This document shows, piece after piece, positions 1 through 9,084 of a stretch of 24,000 nucleotides of DNA. The first letter of the stretch is position 1. Each line of letters begins with the position of its first letter. Where the stretch lies: contig JAQWSL010000007.1 of assembly GCA_029243225.1 (NCBI GenBank), positions 20,790 through 44,789 on the forward strand, in the 5' to 3' direction. This DNA is from Flavobacteriales bacterium. Its GTDB lineage: Bacteria > Bacteroidota > Bacteroidia > Flavobacteriales_D > Parvicellaceae. The position numbers and the translations under genes are program-made. The notes below the pieces were generated by a model that saw only the letters and a list, made by a program, of their open reading frames with translations, had not been told where the DNA came from and made no database searches.

Positions 1-560
1 ATAGATCTAAAGACAGTATATCTATCAACGAAGTGAAAAGAATAGTTAAAGTAAATCATGAGATTTTAACTTGCAGTCCATCTACAGCTGCTAAATTATC
101 AGCTGAACCTGGTTGTGATAGCGTAGTTATGGAAATCGACCCAAAAGGGATTGATTACGCTTCTATGGGGCAATATTGTCCGGTCTTTCCTAATCATCCT
201 AGCTTTGATTGGTCTAGAGATAATTTCGGTCCTTTATATATTCCAAAAGCAGGAAGTACAATTACCTTAGATGAGAATAATTGGATTATTTACAAAAGAA
301 CAATTGATGTTTATGAGAACAATGATGTTGAGGAACTAACTGATGGTTCAATAAAAATTAACGGCAAAGTTGTTACTGAATATACTTTTAAACAAAATTA
401 TTATTGGCTAACAGGAGATAATAGACATGGATCTGCTGACTCTAGATATTGGGGGTTTGTTCCTGAAGATCATGTAGTAGGTACGGCTTCATTTGTTTGG
501 TTCTCCAAGCATGCTGAAACTGGTATTCGTTGGAATAGAGTATTTTCATTTGTTAAGTAA
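1..560 (+). CDS. lepB: Signal peptidase I, C-terminal part (truncated by window start)
   Basis: The listed ORF begins at an internal GTG (33), but the frame is open back to base 3, so the gene enters from outside the window. The conserved C-terminal signal peptidase signature 'YYWLTGDNRHGSADSRYWGFVPEDHVVGTASFVWFS' is present. Confidence 0.93.
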   Translation, partial: RSKDSISINEVKRIVKVNHEILTCSPSTAAKLSAEPGCDSVVMEIDPKGIDYASMGQYCPVFPNHPSFDWSRDNFGPLYIPKAGSTITLDENNWIIYKRTIDVYENNDVEELTDGSIKINGKVVTEYTFKQNYYWLTGDNRHGSADSRYWGFVPEDHVVGTASFVWFSKHAETGIRWNRVFSFVK

Positions 561-1165
561 TGAATTTTCTATTGGGAACATCTTATGCGGGTAATTTAGA
601 TTATTTCTCTTGTATTAAAAATTCATCCAAAATTTTAATCGATTCACATGAGTTTTTTCATAAACAATCATTTAAAAACAGGTGTCAAATATATGGAGCA
701 AATGGCTTACTTAATTTAACTGTTCCAATTCAAAGAAAAACAGGTAGAACGCCAGTTAAAGATGTTCAAATTGAGTACAGCTTTAATTGGCGTAAAGTAC
801 ATTGGAAATCTTTAGAGAGCTGCTATAGATCTACACCATATTTTGAATATTACGAACATTACTTTGCCCCATTATATGAAAAAGAAAAGCCGAAATATTT
901 ATTAGATTTTAACACAAGTATTTTTGATTTAATTGTTCAAATTCTTGATTTTAACATTCAATTGTCTTTTTCAGAATCGCATCAAAATTCTTTGGAAGGT
1001 TATGTTGATAATAGAGATTTAATTCACCCAAAACTGAAGCCTACCTCCATGTTTAAGGATAAAAAATATTATCAAGTATTTGAAGATAAATATGGCTTCA
1101 TACCAAACCTAAGTATGTATGATTTAATTTTTAATGAAGGGCCTAGCGCTGTACTTTATTTATAA
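560..1165 (+). CDS. WbqC-like family protein
   Basis: Overlaps the lepB stop by 1 nt (TAATG). Contains WbqC-like motifs 'YFSCIKNS', 'RCQIYGANGLLNLTVPIQ', 'WRKVHWKSLESCYRSTPYFEYYEHYF'. The lepB-wbqC arrangement is common in Bacteroidetes. Confidence 0.85.
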   Translation: MNFLLGTSYAGNLDYFSCIKNSSKILIDSHEFFHKQSFKNRCQIYGANGLLNLTVPIQRKTGRTPVKDVQIEYSFNWRKVHWKSLESCYRSTPYFEYYEHYFAPLYEKEKPKYLLDFNTSIFDLIVQILDFNIQLSFSESHQNSLEGYVDNRDLIHPKLKPTSMFKDKKYYQVFEDKYGFIPNLSMYDLIFNEGPSAVLYL

Positions 1166-4108
1166 TTATTTCTTTTCTGCTTTTTCTATGGCATCTATGA
1201 AAACTCTTTGAATTCGAGTTCTAATATTCATTGTTATTAATTTTTTGTTTTCTGCATCTGGATATACTCTGTTGGAAAGAAAAACATAGACAAAACCATT
1301 TTCTGGATCGGCCCAGGTTAAAGTTCCTGTAAACCCAGAATGTCCGAAGCTACTGTAAGAAGCACAATTAAAACATGTAGGACCTCCTGCACTCCCTCTT
1401 ACAGGTTTGTCAAAAGCAATGCCCCTTCTATTTTTATTGCTTAGATAATATGGCGAGCTGGTAAATAGTTCAACTGTTTTTTTGTCGATAAGTGTGTCGC
1501 CACCATAAATCCCATTTTGCATAAATAGTTGCATCATTACCCCTAAATCATTAGAGTTAGAGAAAAGTCCAGCATGCCCTGCAACCCCACCCATCATCGC
1601 AGCTCCCTGATCATGAACATCTCCATGAATGAGCTGTTTTCTAAATGTTTGATCATCCTCAGTTGGAATAATTCGATCTAAGGACCATTTATTTCTTGGG
1701 TTATAGCCTATGTTTTTCAAACCTAATCTTGAATAATAGGTTTTGTCTACATATTCATCTTGAGACACTTTGGTAATATCTCTTATCATTTCGTTAACAA
1801 AATAATACCCTACATCGCTATATTTATATTTCTTTACTTTTAATAAATCAGTGTTAAGTATTCGTTTGAATATAGTATCTCGATAGTTTTCATTTATGAA
1901 TAAATTATTAGCTACACGTTTGTTAAAATAGGAAGACTTTTTAATGCTGTATATTTCATACTTAGGTTTTCCTTTATATAAAGTTTTAATGTAAAATGGT
2001 ATCCAAGGTGTTAATTTTGCTTGATGAGTAAGCATTTCTTTAAGAATGATTTTACCGTAGGCAGTAGAATCTACAAGCTGTGGAAGATAATCTCCTAGAG
2101 ATGAATCTAATGAGATTTTATCTTTTTGATGAAGATCCATAAGCGCTGCAGCTGAACTTGCTATTTTAGTAATAGATGCTAAATCATAAATATCTGAATT
2201 GTCAACAGGTTTTGATTTTTGGTCATAAGTATGTTTCCCATATGATTTATGAAAGAATACTTGACCGTCTTTAGCTGCATAAATTTGGCAACCAGGAAAC
2301 ACTTTTTCTTTGAAAGCTTCTTCAATAATACTGTCAATTTTAAGAAGATTTTTTGAATCTATTCCTATAGACTCTGGATATACATAAGACAATCTATTTT
2401 TAGAAGTAGAAAGCCCAAAACCTTCCTTGAAATTTTCATTAATAGAAACTGGTAATTTTCCTTTAGCACTTATTCCTCCAAATAATAATTGTCCTGTTAA
2501 CTCGTTTGGTGTTTTTTCATCTTCATAAGCAATTAAAACTCCATCTACTTTAGATATAGATTTAAATTTTGAAAGTGCGTAAGGAGATCCAAAAATATTT
2601 AAAATAATTTTGCTATGATCAACTATATCTTCACATAGCTGGTCTACTATTTTTGATAAACCAAAATTTTGATATGAATTTTGATTCATTTGGTAGACAT
2701 TAAGAATTATTAAATTATGATTCTTCAAATTCATAATTAAAGAGCTTAATTGCTCGTCAGTAGCTCTTTTTTGAATATTATATTCGTAAGACCTACAGTA
2801 TTTATTTATAGAGTTTTTAAATTCTTTTGAATTAGATTCTCCAATATTTACAGTAGCTATATTTAGGGTGTCAAGTCTAGTTATTGGAATAACATTGTTG
2901 TTTTTTATAACTGTTAATGCGTTTTTGTATAGCTCATGATTTAAATAAGAGGCATTGTAGGTATTCAAATCAGGAACTAAGTTTTCTTTATTTACTTTTT
3001 TATGTGAATATAATTTTAACCACTTTTTAGCGCTTAGTATTTTTTTAACTTTTTGGTCAATTTCATTAATTGTTAGTTCTGAGCTTTCGATTGCTTTTTT
3101 TATTTCAGCCACTGCTGCAGGTATGTCTTCTGGAATTAGTAAAATGTCATTTCCCGCTTTAAGAGCTTGAACATCGAGTTTTCCTTTTTCGTAGAATGCA
3201 CTAACGCCTCTCATGTTTAACCCATCTGTAAATATTAAACCTTTAAAGTTTAATTCTTTTTGGAGCAAGTCAGTTACTACTTTTTTGGAAAGAGTTGATG
3301 CCTTATTAGGTGTATTATCTAGTGTTGGTACATACAAATGAGCAACCATCATGGCTTTTAACCCACTATCAATTAATAGTTTAAAAGGATGTAATTCAAC
3401 AGAGTCTAATCTTTTTTTATTATGATATATAATGGGAAGTGTTTTATGTGAATCGCTGTCTGTATCTCCATGACCTGGGAAATGTTTGGCATTGGCTAAA
3501 ATATTTTGATTTTGTAGCCCTTTCATGTACATGAGCGATTTTTTAGCAACTTTATTTGGGTTTTCTCCAAAAGACCTAGAGTTTATTACAGGATTATTTG
3601 GGTTGTTATTAATGTCAACTACTGGTGCCATATTCATATTAACACCTAATCTTTTGCATTGTTTTCCAATTTCTTGTCCCATTTGATATATGAGATTGTT
3701 GCTTTGAATTGCTCCTAATGTCATTTGTTTAGGGAAAGCTATTGTACTATCTAGTCGCATGGATAGTCCCCATTCAGCATCTATTGAAATTAATAGTGGT
3801 ATTTTAGAAACGGATTGAAACTTATTAGTTAAATGTGCTTGTTTGTATGGACTTCCTTGGTAAAATATTATTCCGCCTATGTGGAATTCCTCTATCAATC
3901 TGGATATTTCTTTTTCGTGAGATAAATCCTTGTTAGAATAAGCAGCAACCATAAAAAGCTGACCTATTTTTTCATTAAGAGATAGGGAGTTAAAAACACT
4001 GTCGACCCAATCATTTTTTTCATCACTTGCTTGAATAATAGTTGATGAAAACATAAATGTGCTTACTAATAAGCTTTTAAAAATGATGTTTAACAATGTT
4101 TTATTCAT
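1166..4108 (-). CDS. Glycoside hydrolase family 3 (NagZ-type) fused to C-terminal serine beta-lactamase/esterase-like domain, secreted
   Basis: N-terminal signal-like segment. NagZ-type motif 'KHFPGHGDTDSDSH' and 'IFTDGLNMRGV' (candidate Asp nucleophile). C-terminal 'SITK' (SxxK), 'YSD' and 'HSGFTGT' motifs of the class C beta-lactamase/EstB fold. Confidence 0.92.
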   Translation of the reverse strand: MNKTLLNIIFKSLLVSTFMFSSTIIQASDEKNDWVDSVFNSLSLNEKIGQLFMVAAYSNKDLSHEKEISRLIEEFHIGGIIFYQGSPYKQAHLTNKFQSVSKIPLLISIDAEWGLSMRLDSTIAFPKQMTLGAIQSNNLIYQMGQEIGKQCKRLGVNMNMAPVVDINNNPNNPVINSRSFGENPNKVAKKSLMYMKGLQNQNILANAKHFPGHGDTDSDSHKTLPIIYHNKKRLDSVELHPFKLLIDSGLKAMMVAHLYVPTLDNTPNKASTLSKKVVTDLLQKELNFKGLIFTDGLNMRGVSAFYEKGKLDVQALKAGNDILLIPEDIPAAVAEIKKAIESSELTINEIDQKVKKILSAKKWLKLYSHKKVNKENLVPDLNTYNASYLNHELYKNALTVIKNNNVIPITRLDTLNIATVNIGESNSKEFKNSINKYCRSYEYNIQKRATDEQLSSLIMNLKNHNLIILNVYQMNQNSYQNFGLSKIVDQLCEDIVDHSKIILNIFGSPYALSKFKSISKVDGVLIAYEDEKTPNELTGQLLFGGISAKGKLPVSINENFKEGFGLSTSKNRLSYVYPESIGIDSKNLLKIDSIIEEAFKEKVFPGCQIYAAKDGQVFFHKSYGKHTYDQKSKPVDNSDIYDLASITKIASSAAALMDLHQKDKISLDSSLGDYLPQLVDSTAYGKIILKEMLTHQAKLTPWIPFYIKTLYKGKPKYEIYSIKKSSYFNKRVANNLFINENYRDTIFKRILNTDLLKVKKYKYSDVGYYFVNEMIRDITKVSQDEYVDKTYYSRLGLKNIGYNPRNKWSLDRIIPTEDDQTFRKQLIHGDVHDQGAAMMGGVAGHAGLFSNSNDLGVMMQLFMQNGIYGGDTLIDKKTVELFTSSPYYLSNKNRRGIAFDKPVRGSAGGPTCFNCASYSSFGHSGFTGTLTWADPENGFVYVFLSNRVYPDAENKKLITMNIRTRIQRVFIDAIEKAEKK

Positions 4109-4269
4109 TGAAATGAATGAGTTTTTCTATAAAATTAGTATTACCCCTAATTGAAAGATTTGATTCTTTTATTTATTATTAACGTAAGAGTGTGAAGTGT
4201 ATTTTGCTATTTAATTATTAATGACAAGTCTTATTTTATTTATATTGTATAATTCTTAAAGAAAATCGT

Positions 4270-7200
4270 TTGATGAATTATAGATTAAATATTGTTTTCT
4301 TGTTCTATTTAATCAATGTTGTTGTTTATTCACAACATACAAATTTTGAATTTTTTAGAACTAGTCCTGATGGATTAAGCCAATCAGTAGTTACAGATGT
4401 TATGCAGGACTCTAAGGGCGTGTTGTGGTTTTCGACTGAAGATGGATTGAATAGTTTTGATGGTGATGTTTTTAAGAGATTTTACAGGGAAGATGGTTTG
4501 TTGAGCCATGAAATTGAATGTGTTGTAGAAGGAGCTAATGAAGATTTATGGGTAGGCACACGAAGAGGATTAAATCTTATTAACAATAATAAGGTTGTTG
4601 CTCTTCCTTCGAAATTATTGGAGTCTTTGAAAAAATATACACACATAAATAAATTGTATTTTCTTTCAGATAGTTCTCTTGTTATAGCAACAGGCAGATT
4701 CAAGTCTAAATTACACATTTGGAATCAAAAGGAGATGAATGAACTGATCTTGCCATTAGAAGGTGAATACATTGTTAATTGTCTTATTGAACATGAAAAT
4801 GTATTATTTATTGGTACAAATAAAGGACTTGTTGCTTTTAAAGATGGTGTTTTTCAAGTGTTTAATGAGTCAAAAGATTTGCGAACTAATATTGTAAATT
4901 GTTTTTCAATTTTTAAAGACAATTTAATTATTGGTTCTAATAAGGGGTTGATTTTTCACAAAAACGACAGTTTTTTTTATGATTCTACTTTTTCAAATTT
5001 TGAAAATAAAAATATTTCAAATTTATCAAGCCATAACAATAGTCTTGTTTTTTCAGAATTTAAAGAGTTTGTTTACCTATATAAGGATTCTGAAATTCAA
5101 ATATTTGATAAATCTCAAGGGCTGTCATCTACTAAAATCAATGATTTGTTAATAGACAGAGAAGGTTCAATTTGGATTTCTTTTTCTGGTTTTGGGTTAG
5201 CTAAGTTTAGAGAAAAACCATTTATATCTTATGATGAATTTAATCGATTTGAATTAGGGCATGTAAACTCTATGTTTGTAGATAATGCTGAGAAGTTGTG
5301 GGTCGGAAGTACAAAGGGATTACAAGTTAAATTAAAGAATGAATTATATTTTAAAAGATATCTACCCAAGTATGATTTTGCCAATTGCAAAATTAAGTTC
5401 AATTCTGTTTCTTCTATTCTTGAAGATGTAAAAGAAAGAATTTGGATTTGTACTCCTATGTCAGCTATCATTATTTATGAAAACGATTCTTTTAGACAAC
5501 TAAATATTAAAGAAAATGAGTTAACCAATCTTGGTTTTGATCCTGAAACTGTTAAAAATATATTGAGTGTGATTAATGATCCTAGAACATTATGTTTAGA
5601 CAACAATGGATTTTTATGGATAGGCTCGTTTACAGATGGTATTGTTGTCTTAGATAAGAATCTAAATTGCATAAAATATTTAAGTAAAAAGAAAGGGCTC
5701 CGTGGAGATTTAATTCAATGTTTTTTTAAAGATTCTTATGGTAATATTTGGATTGGTTCAGCTAGTGGATTAACAAGAATATCAGGTGATTCAATTGAGA
5801 TATTTGATGATTATAAAGAGTTGAAAAAATCTACTTATTCAATAAAAGAGGATCATTTTGGTAATATTTTAGTTGCCACAGATTTTGGATTATATAAGTT
5901 ATTTCTAAATGATGACCAATTAATTAAACAAGTAAAACATTATGATATAAAAAATGGATTAGCTTCTTCTGTTGTTTATGCAATGGAAATAGATGATGCT
6001 GGTAATCTATATCTTGGAACAACTCTAGGAGTTGACAGGGTCACTAAAGAGTCATTTAATGATTATAACATTGTAAACAAGCATTATGGACCAGACGAAG
6101 GCTTTAAAGGGGTGGAATGCAATACCAATGCAAGTTTTAAGGATCACAATGGAGATTTATGGTTTGGAACTAATTCTGTTTCTAAGCTTAGAATTAATCT
6201 TGACGTTATCGATACTATTAAGCCAAATATATTTATTAATGATATTCGTTTAAATTATTTAAATGTTCCTTCATGGGATTTAAAAAATGGTTCTACTCAA
6301 AATATTTTAGGTTTTGATAAGCCCGTGTTTTTTTATAATCAAAATCATTTAACATTTGATTATAAAGCAATTACTAGTGTAAGTCCAAAAAACATAAGGT
6401 ATTCTTTTAAAATAGAGCCAATAGATGTAAAATGGAATCCTAAAACAAAACAACGTTTTAGTACTTATTCTAATTTGTCACCAGGTAGCTACACCTTCAA
6501 AGTTAAAGCTGAGAATATTGATAAAACTGAAAGTGAAATCGTTTCTTACTCTTTTCAAATTGCAAAACCTTGGTGGGATGAGTACTGGTTTTATTTAATT
6601 GAAGTATCCGCTGGGTTGTTATTAATTTTTGGTTTTATTTCAATTAGAGAAAGAAGGTTAAAGTTGAATCAAATGATTCTTGAGAAAAAAGTAAAGCAAA
6701 GAACATCTCAGTTAAATGCTGAAAAAGTAAAAGTTGAATCTCAAAATAAGGAAATTAAGAAAAGTATAAATTATGCGAGAAGAATACAGAACTCCATTCT
6801 TCCAGATGAAAGTTTAATGGATGATTATTTTGAAGATTTCATGGTTTTCTACCAACCAAAAGACATTGTTGGAGGTGATTTCTATTGGTTTAGGTGCTTT
6901 GGGAATATAAGTGTTATTGCATCAGTTGATTGTACAGGTCATGGAGTGCCTGGAGGGTTTATGAGTATGATGGGGAGTTTGTTGTTAGATAAGATTGTTC
7001 AATCACATAATCTAGAGACTTCTAAAATATTAAAAGATTTAAATTCAGAAATTGTTAGAGTATTGGATCAAGAAAGTGGTGGTGAAATTCAAGATGGTAT
7101 GGATATTTCATTATGTGTAATTGACAAGCAAAACAGGAAAGTTTCATTTAGTGGAGCCAGAAACGGAATAACAATAATAAGAGCAGATAAAATTGAGAAA

Positions 7201-7509
7201 TATGATGCAGATCTTTTTTCTGTTGGTGGTTCCTATACTAAAATTAGTAGAGAGTTGAAAAGAGATTTTAAGAGCTATTCTATTGATTTAGAACCTAATG
7301 ATTGGTTATATATGTATACAGATGGTTATTACGATCAGCTTGGAGAAAAGAAAATGAGATCTTTAGGTCTTAAGAAATTTGAAGAAATCATTAAAGAGTG
7401 TAGTTCATTCAAAGAAAATAAGAATCAATTTTTAAGCGAAAAATTTAATTTATGGAAAGGGGAGCTGCCACAAATTGATGATTTACTTATTATAGGATTT
7501 AAAGTTTAA
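4270..7509 (+). CDS. Sensor phosphatase: signal peptide, two-component-regulator propeller repeats, Y_Y_Y domain, TM helix, coiled coil, SpoIIE/PP2C-type serine phosphatase
   Basis: Repeated 'LWFSTEDGL/LWVGTRRGL/IWIGSASGL' propeller motifs. 'SYFSFQIAKPWWDEYWFY'-like Y_Y_Y to TM junction. C-terminal PP2C motifs 'KDIVGGDFYWF', 'ASVDCTGHGVPGGFMSMMG', 'DGMDISLCVID', 'YMYTDGYYDQLG'. Confidence 0.92.
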   Translation: MMNYRLNIVFLFYLINVVVYSQHTNFEFFRTSPDGLSQSVVTDVMQDSKGVLWFSTEDGLNSFDGDVFKRFYREDGLLSHEIECVVEGANEDLWVGTRRGLNLINNNKVVALPSKLLESLKKYTHINKLYFLSDSSLVIATGRFKSKLHIWNQKEMNELILPLEGEYIVNCLIEHENVLFIGTNKGLVAFKDGVFQVFNESKDLRTNIVNCFSIFKDNLIIGSNKGLIFHKNDSFFYDSTFSNFENKNISNLSSHNNSLVFSEFKEFVYLYKDSEIQIFDKSQGLSSTKINDLLIDREGSIWISFSGFGLAKFREKPFISYDEFNRFELGHVNSMFVDNAEKLWVGSTKGLQVKLKNELYFKRYLPKYDFANCKIKFNSVSSILEDVKERIWICTPMSAIIIYENDSFRQLNIKENELTNLGFDPETVKNILSVINDPRTLCLDNNGFLWIGSFTDGIVVLDKNLNCIKYLSKKKGLRGDLIQCFFKDSYGNIWIGSASGLTRISGDSIEIFDDYKELKKSTYSIKEDHFGNILVATDFGLYKLFLNDDQLIKQVKHYDIKNGLASSVVYAMEIDDAGNLYLGTTLGVDRVTKESFNDYNIVNKHYGPDEGFKGVECNTNASFKDHNGDLWFGTNSVSKLRINLDVIDTIKPNIFINDIRLNYLNVPSWDLKNGSTQNILGFDKPVFFYNQNHLTFDYKAITSVSPKNIRYSFKIEPIDVKWNPKTKQRFSTYSNLSPGSYTFKVKAENIDKTESEIVSYSFQIAKPWWDEYWFYLIEVSAGLLLIFGFISIRERRLKLNQMILEKKVKQRTSQLNAEKVKVESQNKEIKKSINYARRIQNSILPDESLMDDYFEDFMVFYQPKDIVGGDFYWFRCFGNISVIASVDCTGHGVPGGFMSMMGSLLLDKIVQSHNLETSKILKDLNSEIVRVLDQESGGEIQDGMDISLCVIDKQNRKVSFSGARNGITIIRADKIEKYDADLFSVGGSYTKISRELKRDFKSYSIDLEPNDWLYMYTDGYYDQLGEKKMRSLGLKKFEEIIKECSSFKENKNQFLSEKFNLWKGELPQIDDLLIIGFKV

Positions 7510-7847
7510 ATTCCTTTAAACTCAAAAGGAACATCAACTAAGATTTCTAATTCTCTTCCTCTATCATACATGATAATATGATCTTTTGGATACTTCCAAA
7601 TTGCTTTGCCTTTTCCTCCTTCTAGTTTTGATAAAAGCTGAATGAATTGTTTTGCGGAAGATGAATTGAAATATGAAAGCTCAAAAACTAATGTTAATAG
7701 TTGATGCTTTGTTTTAAAATAATTGTCGATCTGATCTTTAACATCTTTATAAAAATCTATTGCATCTTCCATCATAGAAATACCAGAAATGGATAACACA
7801 TTATTTTGAGTATCTAGATTTATTAAAGTTTGGCCAAAGTGTTCCAT
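7506..7847 (-). CDS. SiaC-like regulatory phosphoprotein (DUF1987 family)
   Basis: 113 aa. 'NVLSISGISMMEDAIDFYKDVKDQIDNYF...LVFELSYFNSSSAKQFIQLLSKLE...VPFEF' matches the SiaC/DUF1987 pattern. Sits directly downstream of a SiaB-like gene. Confidence 0.8.
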   Translation of the reverse strand: MEHFGQTLINLDTQNNVLSISGISMMEDAIDFYKDVKDQIDNYFKTKHQLLTLVFELSYFNSSSAKQFIQLLSKLEGGKGKAIWKYPKDHIIMYDRGRELEILVDVPFEFKGI

Positions 7848-7853
7848 ATTTTA

Positions 7854-8942
7854 TTAAATGTATTTAGGTATAAAAATACCCATATTTAAGTAAATTCCAT
7901 TGTCAATGTTATGAATTTCAAAATCTATTTTTGAATGATTATACCTTCTAATATCTATTAATCCAACTCCTGCACTGTTGTTCTCAATAAAGGAATTTTC
8001 TTTTAAGGCTTTAAGGTACTGAGTTGTTAGTTCTCCAACAGAATAAGCATTTATCTTAGAAATGAATTCTTCCATTTCAGCATAATCTCCACTTTTCAGA
8101 AAATTACCTGTACTCATGTAAAAGCCATCTTTGTTTTTAAAAATACAAAACGACCCATGCAGAACGTTATTTACTTTTTTCCCATGCCGAGAAATATTCT
8201 GAATCAGTTCAACTCCAGTATGAAACATTCTAAAATAATTAACATTTTTTTTCCTTGAATATTTTGGAATATTAGCTTTTAAAATAGCCAACAAAGCTTT
8301 AATGTTTTCTTTAGAAAAATTGCCATTATAAAAAAACATAACATCATTTTTTCTAAGCATAGAGTAAATTTCAATATTTTCTTCAATTTTATTTTTTTCA
8401 ATTAGCTGTAAAGTTTCACCTTTTAATTTGGCTAAATCAATTTGATAGCTGAATTGATACGAATCCGAACTTAATTTTTGGAAATCTTTTTGTATTGGGT
8501 TTTTTGATTTTCTAGCCATTTCTATTAAGCCAAGTCCACCGCCACCCTTTTCTGTAAAAGCACCATTTTTTAATATGTCTCTATATAATTCTTTTAATTG
8601 ATTCTCATCAAGAGAATTCAATTCGGAGAGCCTAGTACTCAAAAATTCATATGCTGTTAATCCAATCTTATTTGATGAGAAAATATGGATGCTATCTTCT
8701 AAGTTTCTTACCCCAAAACAGTCATTTTTCACTTTCTCATCTGAGTATCGGACAATGTTTTGAAAAACTTCAACCATTAAAAAAGATAATTTTTTCTTTA
8801 CTGCCTGACTTGATTCATGTTTAGCAAGAGATACAATAAATTCTGAAAAATGATCATTTAGTAATCCATTGTAATAAATACTTAGAGTATCTCTTCTGAA
8901 ATAATCTTTAATTTTAAATATTTTATTAAGATAGCTTTTCAA
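7854..8942 (-). CDS. SiaB-like kinase family protein (DUF6272) with two tandem SiaB-type domains
   Basis: 362 aa with an internal repeat: 'IYYNG'/'FFYNG', 'MVEVFQNIVRYS'/'GVELIQNISRHG', 'GAFTEKGGGGLGLIEMAR'/'NSFIENNSAGVGLIDIRR'. Start codon is TTG, with no upstream in-frame ATG before a stop. Ends 6 nt before the siaC-like ORF. Confidence 0.75.
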   Translation of the reverse strand: MKSYLNKIFKIKDYFRRDTLSIYYNGLLNDHFSEFIVSLAKHESSQAVKKKLSFLMVEVFQNIVRYSDEKVKNDCFGVRNLEDSIHIFSSNKIGLTAYEFLSTRLSELNSLDENQLKELYRDILKNGAFTEKGGGGLGLIEMARKSKNPIQKDFQKLSSDSYQFSYQIDLAKLKGETLQLIEKNKIEENIEIYSMLRKNDVMFFYNGNFSKENIKALLAILKANIPKYSRKKNVNYFRMFHTGVELIQNISRHGKKVNNVLHGSFCIFKNKDGFYMSTGNFLKSGDYAEMEEFISKINAYSVGELTTQYLKALKENSFIENNSAGVGLIDIRRYNHSKIDFEIHNIDNGIYLNMGIFIPKYI

Positions 8943-9084
8943 ATGTTGTTTTAATTCTTAAGGTGATTATCTCAATTAAAATACTCTATTTGTTTGAAAG
9001 TAATCAGCAAGTTTGTTGTTTAAGTGTTACAATTTGTTCTTAAAAGTTATTGGAAATAATAATTTCCTATAATTTATGGAAATA

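Noticed and set aside
33-35. GTG at 33 as the real start of the first ORF
   Set aside because: The frame stays open to the window edge and the protein lacks the catalytic N-terminal part of signal peptidase I, so this is a truncated gene, not a short one.
4482-5672. Minus-strand ORFs at 4482..4718, 5229..5471 and 5475..5672 inside the first sensor phosphatase gene
   Set aside because: They lie antisense within a clear 1079 aa coding sequence, have no recognisable motifs, and look like shadow ORFs.
4300-6200. Repeated WxGT/GL patterns as a DNA repeat array
   Set aside because: They are protein-level propeller repeats with divergent DNA and are explained by the coding domain. There is no nucleotide repeat or CRISPR structure.
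9055-9082. Imperfect palindrome 'aataatttcctataatttatggaaatatt' downstream of the DUF2779 gene
   Set aside because: Short, mismatched and AT-rich with no clear T-tract. Not strong enough to call a terminator.
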